A DNA stretch of 64,000 nt from Macrostomum lignano (lineage: Eukaryota). The DNA lies in assembly GCA_002269645.1 (NCBI GenBank), contig NIVC01000981.1, positions 329,592 through 393,591 on the forward strand. Reading direction: 5' to 3'. The notes beneath the pieces are model-generated. The model saw nothing but the letters and a program-made list of their open reading frames with translations, did no database searches and was not told the origin of the DNA. A program made the position numbers and the translations under genes. Of the stretch, positions 11,560 through 26,954 are shown piece by piece. Position 1 is the stretch's first letter. Every line of letters starts with the position of its first letter.

Positions 11560-14100
11560 AGGGTGGCTCTTTTATGTTATACATTGTGGCTCTTTTATGT
11601 TATACATTGTGGCTCTTTTTTGTTCTACGCTCGTACATGGTAACTCTTTTATGTTTGATACGGTGGCTTTTCAATGTCTGACATGGTGGCTCTTCTATGT
11701 TTGACATGGGGGCTCTTCTATGTTTGACATGGGGGCTCTTCTATGTTTGACATGGGAGCTCTTCTATGTTTGACAAAGTGGCTTTTTAATGTTTGACATG
11801 GTGGCTCTATTATGTTTGACATGGTGGCTCTTTTATGTTCGACATGGTGGCTCTTTAATGTTTGACATGGGGTCTCTTCAATGTTTGACATGGAGTTACG
11901 TATATGTTTGACATGGTGGCTCTTTAATGTTTTACATGGTGGCACTTTCATGTTTGACCTGGTGGCTCTTTAATATTTGACATGGTGGCTCTTTTATGTT
12001 TGACATGGTGGCTCTTTTATCTTTGACATGGTGGCTCTGTAATGTTCGACATGGAGTCATGTATATGTTCACATGGTAGCTCTTAAATGTTTGACATGGT
12101 GGCTCTTTTATGTTCGACATGGCATCATGTATATGTTTGACATGGTGGCTCTTAAATGTTCGACATAGTGGCTCTATAATGTTTGACATGGTGGCTCTTC
12201 AATGTTTGACATGGTGGCTCTTTAATGTTCGACATGGCGTCATGTATATGTTTGACATGGTAGCTCTTGAATGTTCAACATGGAGTCATGTATATGTTTG
12301 ACATGGTGGCTCTTAAATGTTCGACATGGTGGCTTTTTAATGTTTGACATAGTGTCTCTTTAATGTTTGACATGGAGTCATGTATATGTTTGACATGGTG
12401 GCTCTTTAATGTTAGACACGGTGGCTCTTTTATGTTTTGCATGGTGGCTCTTTTATGTTCGGCATGGTGTCTCTTCAATGTTTGACATGGCGTCATGTAT
12501 ATGTTTGACATGGATGCTCTTGTATTTTTAACATGTTGACTCTTTAATGTTCGAAATGGTGGCTCTTTAATGTCTAACATGGAGTCACGTATATGTTTGA
12601 CATGGAGTCATGCATATGCCTGATATGGTAGCTCTTTAATGTTTTACATGGAGTCACGTATATGTTTCACATGGTGGCTATTTTATGTTTGACATGGTGG
12701 TTCTTAAATGTTCGACATGGTGGCTCTTTAATGTTTTACATGGTGGCACTTTCATGTTTGACCTGGTGGCTCTTTTATGTTTGACATGGTGGCTCTTTAA
12801 TATTTGACATGGTGGCCCTTTTATGTTTGACATGGTGGCTCTTCAATGTTTGACATGGAGTCATGTATATGTTTGACCTGGTGGCTCTTTAATGTTTGAC
12901 ATGGTGGCTCTTTAATGTTTTACATGGTGGCACTTTCATGTTTGACCTGGTGGCTCTTTAATGTTCGACATGGTCGCTCTTTAATGTTCGACATGGTGGC
13001 CCTTTAATGTTCGACATGGTGTCGCTTCAATGTTTGACATGGAGTTACGTATATGTTTTACATGGTGGCTCTTTTATGTTCGACATGGCATCATGTATAT
13101 GTTTGACATGGTAGCTCTTGAATGTTCAACATGGAGTCATGTATATGTTTGACATGGTAGCTCTAAAATGTTCAACATGGAGTCATGTATATGTTTGACA
13201 TGGTGGCTCTTAAATGTTTGACATGGTGGCTCTTTAATGTTTGACATAGTGTCTCTTTAATGTTTGACATGGAGTCATGTATATGTTTGACATGGTAGCT
13301 CTTGAATGTTCGACACAAAGTCATGTATATGTTTGCCATGGTGGCTCTTTAATGTTAGACATGGTGTCTCTTCAATGTTTGACATGGAGTCATGTATATG
13401 TTTGACATGGTGGCTCTTGTATTTTTAACATGTTGGCTTTATAATGTTCGACATGGTGGCTCTTTAATGTCTAACATGGAGTCACGTATATGTTTGACAT
13501 GGAGTCATGTATATGTCTGATATGGTAGCTCTTTAATGTTTGACATGGAGTCATGTATATGTTTGACATGGTAGCTCTTGAATGTTCGACATAGAGTCAT
13601 GTATATGTTTGCCATGGTGGCTCTTTAATGTTAGACATGGTGGCTCTTTAATATTTGACATGGTGGCCCTTTAATATTTGACATGGTGGCCCTTTAATGT
13701 TCGACATGGTGGCTCTTCAATGTTCGACATGGAGTCATGTATATGTTTGACCTGGTTGCTCTTTAATGTTTGACATGGTGGCTCTTTAATGTTCGACATG
13801 GTGGCTCTTTTAGGTTTGAAATGGTGGCTCTTTAATGTTCGACATGGTGGCTCTTTTATGTTCGACATGGCGTCATGTATATGTTTGACATGGTAGCTCT
13901 TGAATGTTCAACATGGAGTCATGTATATGTTGGACATGGTGGCTCTTTAATGTTCGACATGGTGGCTTTTTAATGGTCGACATGGTGGCTCTTTAATGTT
14001 CGACATGGTAGCTCTTTAATGGTCGACATGGTGGCTCTTTAATGGTCGACATGGTGGCTCTTTAATGTTTGACATGGTGGCTCTTTAATGTTTGACATTG
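11560..14100. repeat. About 23-bp minisatellite with two interleaved variants (GACATGGTGGCTCTTTAATGTTT / GACATGGAGTCATGTATATGTTT)
   Basis: About 2.5 kb of tandem units. Confidence 0.95.
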
Positions 14101-14984
14101 TGCTTTTTTGTGTTTAGCATTTTGTGTTTTTAAGGTTTTTGAATAAAAAAATCTTTTTGCACTACTAAGATTCGAACCCAGGTCGCAGCATTAGCAGTCC
14201 AGTCTGTTCGCATCTATGCTATCTCTTGTCTTGAATTGTGGCCCTTATAATTTAATTCTTATAGCAAATCAGTTAGAGTAAAAAGTTATGACATAATCAA
14301 TTTCTCAGTCAGCCAGTATCAGTGTCAATTTAAGTTAGCAATATTGTTACGCAATTTAAATCAAGTTTTGTGTGCATTTGTTCGGCACTGTTTTCAACTG
14401 GTTGTGATGTAATCTTTATCACAATTGGAATTCAGTCAGTCAGTTTTTTCTCTAGCATTCTTACAATGCATTTCAGGTCGAAAGAGCTGCTTGACCTTTG
14501 CAAAAAAGCATGTTTTTCGAATATTTAATCCCTTTATCATTGAGCAATTTCTTAGCCAAGATGCATGTATCGTCCCAGGAAAATTTCTGATCGAATGGTG
14601 CAAGTTTGAAGAAAATCGGTTGAGCCATTTTTTCTGAAATCTATCGCATACCTACCTACCTACCCACAGACAACTCATTTTTAGTATATAGGACTAGCAA
14701 TTTAAGCCCCCCGTTGGGGGGCGCAAGAATGACGCCAAGTGGTTTTTATTTTGGCCTATGAGTAATAACCTTACTAATTATTAAAAATCCATTAATCAAA
14801 ACTTACTTTTCCTCATTCTTGGCAAAAATAAATTGCCATGAATCAAAACCTTCACCAGCCAAAGTTTCCTTCATCAGCCCAAAACCCTTTCTCATTCAGC
14901 AAATAGTACTTATCCTTTCAAGCACAAACTCTTAGTGCATTTCGTCATTGGCCTGGGCATATTCTGGTCCGCAGCAGGAGCTCA

Positions 14985-16400
14985 ATATGCCATAAGCCTT
15001 GATGACATCTCAATAATTTCCCCAGTAAGCTTTGTCATCGCAGAAATCCCCCCAGTAAGCCTTGATATCGCAGCAATTCCCTCAATAAGCCTTGACATTG
15101 CAGCAACGCAAAGGCGAGCCTTGGCATCAACGCAATTCTCCCAGCCCAGTAAGCCTTGACATCTCAGAAATTTCCCCAGTAAGCCTCGACATCGCAGCAA
15201 TTACCCCATTAAGCCTTGAAATCTCAGAAATCCCCCCAGTAAGCCTTGACATCTCAGCAATTCCCTCAGTAAGCCTTGAAATCTTATAAATTCCCCCAGT
15301 AAGCCTTGAAGTCTCAGTAATTCCCCCAGTAAGCCTTGACAACTCAGCAATTCCCCCAGTAAGCCTTGACATCTCAGTAATTCCCCAGTAAGTCTCGAAT
15401 CTCAGTAATTCCCCAGTAAGTCTCGAATCTCAGTAATTCCCCAGTAAGTCTTGACATCTCACAATTCCCCCAGTAGGCCCTGACATCTCAGCAATTCCCC
15501 CAAGTAAGCCTTGACATCTCAGCAATTCCCCCAGTAAGCCTTGAAGTCTCAGTAATTCCCCCAGTAAGCCTTGACAACTCAGCAATTCCCTCAGTAAGCC
15601 TTGACATCTCAGTAATTCCCCAGTAAGTCTCGAATCTCAGTAATTCCTCCAGTAAGTCTTGACATCTCACATTTCCCCCAGTAGGCCCTGAAATCTCAGC
15701 AATTCCCCCAAGTAAGCCTTGATATCTCAGTAATTCCCCCAGTTAGCCTTGACCTCTCAGTAATTCCCCCAGTAAGCCTAGAAATCTCAGCAATTCCCCC
15801 AGTAAGCCTTGACATTTCAGCAATTCCCCCAGTTAGCCTTGACCTCTCAGCAATTCCCCCAGTAAGCCTTGACATCTCAGCAATTCCCCCCGTCAGCCTT
15901 GACATCTCAGAAATTTCCCCAGTAAGCCTCGACATCGCAGCAATTACCCCAGTAAGCCTTGACATCTCAGAAATTTCCCCAGTAAGCCTCGACATCGCAG
16001 CAATTACCCCATTAAGCCTTGAAATCTCAGAAATCCCCCCCAGTAAGCCTTGACATTGCAGCAATTAAACTCGAGCCTCGGCATCTACGCAATTCTCCCA
16101 GTCCAGTAAGCCTCGAGATCGCAGCAATTCCCCCAGTAAGCCTTGACATCTCAGCAAATTCCCCAGTAAGCCTTGACATATCAGTAATTCCCCCCAGTAA
16201 GCCTTGACATCTCAGCAATTCCCCCAGTAAGCCTTGAAATCTCAGCAATTCCCCCCAGTAAGCCTTGACATCTCAGCAAATTCCCCAGTAAGCCTTGACA
16301 TCTCAGCAATTCCCCCCAGTAAGCCTTGATATCGCAGCAATTCCCCCAGTAAGCCTTGACATCGCAGCAATTAAACTCCAGCCTCGACATCTATGCAATT
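14985..16400. repeat. 30-bp minisatellite (GTAAGCCTTGACATCTCAGCAATTCCCCCA), decaying to about 17000
   Basis: 10-aa period MSRLTGGIAE in ORF track. Confidence 0.95.
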
Positions 16401-17404
16401 CTCCCAGCGCAGTAATTAGCCTTGACATCCCAACAACCCAACTCCCCTCTCCCAAGAATTCAGCAATCCCCTTATAAGACTTGATAACTCAGCAATCCCC
16501 TTATAAGCCTTGACAACTCAGCATTTTATAAGCCTTGATAACTCAGCAATCCCCTTATAAGCCTTGACAACTCAGCTATTCCCCGATGAGCTTAGATATC
16601 TTAGCAAGTCTTTAATTGATGGTTGACAGCGGTTAATCTATGATTGAACCAAAACTGACCCTAAGCCTCTAACCCTAACCCATAAGAAAATCTTGCCATG
16701 TTAGCAATTTCGACAATGAGCCTTGAGCCTCAGCATTAAAGTAACTTCCTCATAAGCTTTTAGAATTTCACCGGAAGCCTTGACCTGTCAGCAATTCCCC
16801 GTAGAGCCAAAGCATTTAAGTAATTCGCCCCAAGAGCATTTAATCTTAGCAATTCCTCGATGGATCATTAATGATTGACACGACGATCGCGCTATAATTA
16901 AACCCTAAGCCTAACCCTTAACCTGCAGCGGAATTTCAGCAATTCCCCAATGAGCTTTGGAAATTTTAGTAATTTCCCCATGAGCCTGAAAATTGAGTGA
17001 CTTTTGATACCTTTTGATATCTTGGCACTTGCATTTCAACAATTTATTTCTGCAATTTCACAAATGAACCTTGAAATCAAAGCAATTCTCCCCAGAATGA
17101 CAATTATAGAAATTCCCCTTGTGCCTTGAGATCTTATAAATCCTCCCATGAGTATTTATTGATATATCATCATGATATACCAGTATCAAATTGATATATC
17201 ACAGCAATTTGCCATACCAGCATTATACTCGTAGCAATAGTCTTAGCAGTCTTAACAGTCTTAGCAATTCCCAATGAGACTTTTACTTTCGACAGGGCGC
17301 TTCTTTTATAATTGACATGATGATTCTTGTTCGTTTTTTCTTGCCTTTGCGTTTTCTTCTCTTTAAAGAAGTTTTTAATAAAAAAACAATATTTCACTAT
17401 AGCT

Positions 17405-18320
17405 TTCTGCAGTTTAGCAATGGTTCACCAGCAGTTTAGCAATATAGTTTAGCAATGCAGTTTAGCAATGCTTCACACCAGCAGTTTAGCAATGGTTCAC
17501 CAGCAGTTTAGCAATGCTTCACCAGCAGTTTAGCAATGGTTCACCAGCAGTTTAGCAATGCTTCACCAGCAGTTTAGCAATACTTTACCAGCAGTTTAGC
17601 AATGCTTCACCAGCAGTTTAGCAATACTTTACCAGCAGTTTAGCAATGCTTCACCAGCAGTTTAGCAATGCTTCACCAGCAGTTTAGCAATGCTTCACCA
17701 GCAGTTTAGCAATACTTTACCAGCAGTTTAGCAATGCTTCACCAGCAGTTTAGCAATGCTTCACCAGCAGTTTAGCAATGCTTCACCAGCAGTTTAGCAA
17801 TACTTTACCAGCAGTTTAGCAATGCTTCACCAGCAGTTTAGCAATGCAGTTTAGCAATGCTTCACCAGCAGTTTAGCAATGCTTCACCAGCAGTTTAGCA
17901 ATGCTTCACCAGCAGTTTAGCAATGCTTCACCAGCAGTTTAGCAATGGTTCACCAGCAGTTTAGCAATGCTTCACCAGCAGTTTAGCAATGGTTCACCAG
18001 CAGTTTAGCAATGCTTCACCAGCAGTTTAGCAATGCTTCACCAGCAGTTTAGCAATGCTTCACCAGCAGTTTAGCAATACTTTACCAGCAGTTTAGCAAT
18101 GCTTCACCAGCAGTTTAGCAATACTTTACCAGCAGTTTAGCAATGCTTCACCAGCAGTTTAGCAATGCTTCACCAGCAGTTTAGCAATGCTTCACCAGCA
18201 GTTTAGCAATACTTTACCAGCAGTTTAGCAATGCTTCACCAGCAGTTTAGCAATGCAGTTTAGCAATGCTTCACCAGCAGTTTAGCAATGCTTCACCAGC
18301 AGTTTAGCAATGCTTCACCA
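17405..18320. repeat. 22-bp minisatellite (AGTTTAGCAATGCTTCACCAGC)
   Basis: Direct tandem units. Confidence 0.95.
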
Positions 18321-19959
18321 GTACTTTTTCACTCAATGAGTGTGCATATGGCTCAATAATCGAACCCATTTTTTGCAACCCTTAATTTAAATTTGCTTTG
18401 CAATCCTCTGACAATTCTTTTCTTTGGTATATATATATATTCCAGATTAGCACTGCTCTCCCCAATTTAGCAGTCTGCCGTTCTACTCTCGGCCGGCTTT
18501 TCAGTCTCCTTAGCAAACTGCAATGATCCTTTTAATAGTCTAAAAAATTGCTCAGCATTTATAGTACGGCTCACTAATCAATCGGCAGTTGTTTGCGCAA
18601 CTCAGAATTTAGCAATACCTTCAGGAGTTTAGCCGAATAGCAAAAATAACGCAGCCACTGAGTATTTTTCTCTCCGTTGTGCATATATACACCTAGTTGC
18701 GCAATACTTCAATTCTTTTAAAATGCACTGGCTGATTTCTCTCAATCATGCAAAAAGCATGTTTTCGAATATTCAACTATTTATAGCTCGATTGTACGAG
18801 CGTAGCATCAGCTCAAGAAATTAAATTTTAGTCTATGGCCATAGACGTATTATTATTTTTCGAGCTCTCACTGCGGGAAAAATACACTAATTAGATAGGG
18901 AAAATACAGTTTTTTGAATATTTAAGACCTTTAGAATTGAAGCAGATAAAAGAAATTTTGAACCATATAATCCTTGGCTGAGTTGCAATTTTTTGGTGAA
19001 AACGCGATCGAAATTGGTCAAGAATTGCAATGTGTAGAGCGTTTTACATGGACAGACAGACAGACATAGATTAGAGATTTAGTATATAAGAAGAAGGATA
19101 CATTTGCTAAATATTTTGCTAAGGTAGGTATAAAATTTGAGAATATTCTTGGGAGTTTTCTTTTTTATTAATTACTAAAATGGTTTAAACAACTGCATAG
19201 TCTCTCTATCTATACCCACTGTGCTACTTAGTTTAATAAAAATACTTAGTTGACTCTAGTTCCAATTTATATTTGTTTTTCTATATGCTTGGGTGCAACC
19301 TTGGGATTTACTTGGCCATTTCTATTGGCAACGCACACTTATAAGTCACTATTGGATAGAATAGTAGTCACGTGAATGCTCTTAGCCACTAGCAACTTAC
19401 ATGTATGTGTTGCCAATAGAAATGGCTGGGTGATTCCCAAGGTTATGCATCTATATTCTTCTATGATTTTCCTATTGCCTCATTATTTTTCATTCCTTAT
19501 TTTTGTTTTCTATTTATCTTTCTGCTCTTGCTTCAAGTCTTAATTGTTATTTTTTACATATTAACTAGCTTAACTGGATGTTGAATTTGTTGAATTTATT
19601 TGCATTCATTTAAAATAACTGTAAACATTAACTGTTCTACTTAAAGTAAAAATGTGTGAATATTATTTCCTATTTCTTAGATTTCTATTTATTACATTTT
19701 TTATTTTTGTAGTATTCAAATGTAAATGTGATTAGATCAAATTATTTATTGCAGTTCTATACATATTTCTAAGTTGGCCTTCTTATCAAAGGGTGGCTTT
19801 TATATATAGTCAAATCTATTGTCTAATGCTGCATTTTTTAACTTCAGACATCAAGTATTTTGATTCAACAATAAACTTGTATAGAATTTAAAAGCTAAAT
19901 CTAGATCTGGTGAGCCCAGTAGATTTAAAGTAGCAAAGAAGGTCGCCATTTAATTCAGG

Positions 19960-20265
19960 GGGCACCTTAAAGGGCGTCATTTAATTAAAGTTGCACTAAA
20001 AAGGGTCCCAGTTGACTCAGGGGCGCTAAAAAGGGCGCCAGTAAATTGAATGGGCGCTAAAAAGGATGCCACTTGACTCAAGGGGCGCTAAAAGGGATGC
20101 CAGTTGATTCAAGGGGCGCTAAAAGGGATGCCAGTTGATTCAAGGGGCGTTAAAAGGGCACCAGTTGATTAAAGGGGCGCTAAAAAGGGTTTCAGTTAAT
20201 TCAAGGAGCGCTAAAAAGGGCGTTAAAAGGCGCCAATTAATTCAGTGGCGCTAAATAGGCGCCAA
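19960..20265. repeat. Degenerate about 31-bp minisatellite (TTGATTCAAGGGGCGCTAAAAGGGATGCCAG)
   Basis: Direct reading; units diverged. Confidence 0.75.
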
Positions 20266-22044
20266 AACTTGAGTGATAGAATCTATTTCTTGATTAATAG
20301 GGTTGATTAAAATTGAGTCAACTGCGCATTTAAAGAATCGATTGTATCGAAATTTAGAAAGTAAATTCCCACAGAAGTTATTCACTTTTTTGAATCATTC
20401 TGCTTTGAGTTTATAAATTCCTTGCGCCTTTTCAAGCAATCAAGCTGTGCTCTCTTCTGCTTTTCCGCTGGTAAATCGTTGGAGATTTGAGTTGCAATCC
20501 AAGCGAAGCGGTCGACTTTGGCTTCTTTTATTCTCCCTCCTCTCCGTGTTCAGTGGTGCGAGCATTTGCCTTGCATTTGTGCCAGTTTTCGTGGCCTGTT
20601 TGGGCCTTATAACTATGACAGTTTCATTATGATGAGAGGGCAGTGAGTATGCTTATTTTCTGTTTCATTTCCTAAAGTGCTTCCATCTCTGCTGTTGTGC
20701 AGTTCAAGATTCTTACGACTACGGGAATCTGGGGTCGGCAAAATCCATATCTGACCCTCGGGTCCTTTGAAACTTCACAATAGAAATCTGGCCCGCTCAG
20801 GGCTTGTGTCTCTTCTCAGCTCTCTTCTCTTATCTCTCTTCTTTCCTCTTCCCTCTTCTCTCCCATCTTTCTCTTTATCGTCTCTCCCTTCTCTCATCTC
20901 ATCTTTCCTCTTCATCATTATATTAGCTGTCTGTTCCCTCATCTGGCCCGCAGTCATTAGCCCTTGAGGCCAAAATAAGTTGGCCAACCCCTGTTTTAGA
21001 TAGATAATACAGCACCTCTTTGTGTGTTCTATATCTAGTTATGAGAGATAAAAATAAACTATTTATTTCCAGAATTTTCCAGCTTTGTAATAACTATTCT
21101 TTTTTCTATATCGATGCAGTTTTTGTTGCTTGTCAAGTCTCTGGAAAGAAAGATGAAATGAAAAGAAAACGTGGATGAGAGGGGGAGAGAGAGTGAGAGA
21201 AGGATAGAGAAGATAGAACAAGGTGCGGCTAAGCATATATGGTTGTCAGCTTTAATCATGTGACCAACAAAAAGCACTCTTCAGTATTAGAAGTAGCTGG
21301 CAAGGGGTTCTGTTGTACATTATTTTTATGACCGAAAGAGAATGCGTAGTTGGAGTACTTGTTTGCTTTTGGCTTGGGACCCATGCTCCGCGCTGCTCTG
21401 TGTTAAGCATCTCAGTGATGACGTTGTCGGACTGTACATTTCTATAATTGTTCAATGTGCAGTCGGAGTCTCACTAACTCTTGTAACCATGTCCTCTGAG
21501 TAACCATAGAAAATTGTACTCAATATTTGGACCGAGAGTTCGGTGTAGAAAGAAAAGTTTTTTTACACAAACCTCGGCTGCTCATTGGCTGAGATTTTGG
21601 AGACTGGCAGAGTGGTGCAGAAATGGGTGAGACGAAGGCTCAGAGAATATAGTTTTCCAGCTATAAACTCAACAAACCCAAACTGTTGTTAGGCACTTGG
21701 TCTGAAAAACAAGTTCTCCATCGCCACCGACTTAAAAGGTATTCTGTTCTACAGAATATACTTGCGATTGTTTCCATTTCTTAGTAAAACTTTCACGCAG
21801 TCTATTTTATAGACAGCACAAGTTAGAAGTGAGGCTGCTAGGGCTTTTCAGCTTCGTTTTTTGAGTTATGGAGGATTGCAGCGCATGGCTGCACCATATT
21901 CAAGTCTTTGATCACAGCAAGTACCCTTATTATTGCCATTTCCCGTCTGTGAAAGGCAACTACAGTAGCAAATCTGCTTTGCCTCTGCTAGAAGTCTGCA
22001 TCAGAATCTTCCCGCACTTTGCGAGCTTTGTAAGTGCCTTATGC

Positions 22045-24585
<2,541 letters not shown>

Positions 24586-25640
24586 CTACCGACCTATTTT
24601 TTCGTATACGTATCTGTTTAATCGTGTGTTTCATTCTTGTCTATTAAAAGATTTCCAAGGGGTCGCCCCCGCAATGTGTATCACGCATGCCCCGAGAGAT
24701 AATCTAGATTCCAAATAGTTTTTTCGGTCGAGTATTAGCACTGTATAACCATATTCATCCACACGGTCTTGTTTTCGCCGTGTATGCACTGCCTGAGACT
24801 TAAATAAACAACCAATAGTCCCTAATAGAGTTACTAATATGTTATTAGTTAATATACATAATCATTCACTTGTGCTCACGTGAGCCGCGCGCTATCAAAA
24901 CAGTTTTTTTTAGCATGCTGTCACCCAACATGCAGGCTTAGTACACGTTCGCCTTTTCTCAAAATTTGAAAAGTCAAAGCAAGAAACCTCCACAAATAGA
25001 TACAGGCGCTTGCTAAGCTTATCTGTGCCCACAGGACTGCATTCGCGCTTGGATAGGATAAACTTTCTGTTTAGAAAAAACCCTATCATAGTGCAGTCCG
25101 TAGTTAACGTTCAAAATTAAAGCCAAGCGTTGGAAAATTTGAGTGGAAATTTTTTGTTCAATTTTTTTGGCCAGTGAATGAATGCAGTAACCGAGTGGTC
25201 AACTAATAAAATCCTATTGCCACAGGTTGTTGAGTTAGTTTTTGATTCTAGTAGGCCAAGGATCGGCAAAGGGTTTTACCTCAATGGCCAGATAAAGAAA
25301 CCAGCTCATGGTTGCAAGCTAGATGAGAAAGCAAAGTAAAGGGAATAGAAGACGACGAAAGATGAGACTTGAGAGGACCCGAAGGCCGGATAGAGAGGCT
25401 TCGTGGGCCGGAGTTTGCCGGAGTATTTAATTGAACTCTCAGTTTTTAGAGGAATTATAACCTTTTTATCCTGTTTCATCAATCAAATAAAGATTCGATA
25501 TCCATTTTTTAACTTTCCAGACGTCTCATCTAAGTGGCTAAGACTATCGTCAGTGGAGTTGTAAGACCTGAGGTCGTTCGTTTGTCGTCTCGTCTCTCTG
25601 TCGCATAATCAAAATCGCAGCTTGAAGAAATCCAGTCCAA

Positions 25641-26954
25641 ATGCGCGAGCCCTACCTAGCGGATTTCTTGTGGCATCGTTATCAACTGCTGCGAGCCCCA
25701 ATAGACAGTGTAAATAGTGTCAGGTCTAAGGAGGATAGCAGCAATGATAGCAGTCTGGATAACAACAGAGAACTGTGCTCACCGCATATCCTAGGCAATG
25801 GCACATACAACTCAGCAATCGACAGTCGCAGAGCAATCAGTGAATTCGACTATTGGCTGAGATACGGCTGTGTGTCGTGGCTATTCCCTTTAATGTGGCT
25901 AGTGGCTGTCGTTGGCATCACCGTTACCTTAGTTACCGTTCGCAAGCATCCTAAAGTGATTCCATCAACTACTAGAGTACTATTAGTTAGTCTATTCATT
26001 GTGGACGCTCTGGTGCTGAGCATTGTAGGCCTGCGCTGGTGGTCCTACACTGTATTCGGTGCGGATTTCCGCAACAGCTACGCCCTACTAAGCGCCGTGT
26101 TTAACTACGCTAATTATCTTCTTGTTCACCTGTCCGGCTGGCTGCAGGCCTTCATATTTGTGGAACGAATGCTAGTTGTCCGCGATCCAATGCTAGCCAA
26201 GACTTATTTAAGACGCGGCCGGGCCAAGCTATGCATTGCTATTTTGCTTGGCACGCTGGCTCTGCTCAACTTACCTGTCGCTTTTCTGACTTACAATTTT
26301 GCCGAGTCGAGCGTGGCAGCTGATAGCACAGTTCGGCTGATGTGCTCAGAGTGGGCCTACATCGGTTTGAAAGTTGTTGGCTTGGCCGATCTGCTAGTTG
26401 GAAGTGTGCTGCCTTTGCTAATTATGCTCACTGGCACCGTTGTGATCTCAGGTGCCCTGCTGTCGCACAAGGAGATGCTGGCGGGGTCTCGGTCAACTCC
26501 ATCGCCTCAGGCTTTAGCCGCCTCGGCCGTGGCTAATGACAGTCGGGTGCATTCGTCTGGCAAGAGGCGCAAGCGACAGCAAAGAATCTGCGTTGTATCG
26601 CTGGCTATGAACGGGCTCTATCTGGTTACTAACTACCCGCTGACTGTTGTACTGCTATATACTACTTTCAGTAGGCAGTCGGGTTTTCCGCCTACGTTCT
26701 CCGCTTTCACCATCTTGTACCTGGTGTCGCTAATTAATAACGCTAGCAACTGGGCGCTGCTTACGCTTACTGGTAGAGGCTACAGAAAGAAATTAGCCAG
26801 CGTGTTGAAATGCCATGGCAACGGTGTTGGCGGCGGCGCCGGGACCGGCTGCTGTTACCAGCTGCAGCATCCTTATCCCACTGTACAACTGGCTAGAAGG
26901 CGGATGAATACCAGGGGCAGTTCCGCTTCAGCTATGGTCATCTTACCGAACTGA
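25641..26954 (+). CDS. Rhodopsin-family (class A) GPCR, peptide-receptor-like, 437 aa, single coding exon
   Basis: Seven hydrophobic segments, N-terminal N-glycosylation sites, TM3 FIFVERMLVVRDP (DRY-equivalent ERM), TM7 NNASNWALLTLTGRGYRKKL (NPxxY/helix-8 equivalent). An acceptor-like ttttttaactttccag ending at 25520 suggests a 5'UTR intron. Confidence 0.88.
   Translation: MREPYLADFLWHRYQLLRAPIDSVNSVRSKEDSSNDSSLDNNRELCSPHILGNGTYNSAIDSRRAISEFDYWLRYGCVSWLFPLMWLVAVVGITVTLVTVRKHPKVIPSTTRVLLVSLFIVDALVLSIVGLRWWSYTVFGADFRNSYALLSAVFNYANYLLVHLSGWLQAFIFVERMLVVRDPMLAKTYLRRGRAKLCIAILLGTLALLNLPVAFLTYNFAESSVAADSTVRLMCSEWAYIGLKVVGLADLLVGSVLPLLIMLTGTVVISGALLSHKEMLAGSRSTPSPQALAASAVANDSRVHSSGKRRKRQQRICVVSLAMNGLYLVTNYPLTVVLLYTTFSRQSGFPPTFSAFTILYLVSLINNASNWALLTLTGRGYRKKLASVLKCHGNGVGGGAGTGCCYQLQHPYPTVQLARRRMNTRGSSASAMVILPN

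Noticed and set aside
14165-14225. tRNA-Ser(GCT)-like sequence on minus strand (GGACTGCTAA...GGGTTCGAATC)
   Set aside because: Anticodon and acceptor stems do not pair; at best a degenerate SINE or tRNA fragment.
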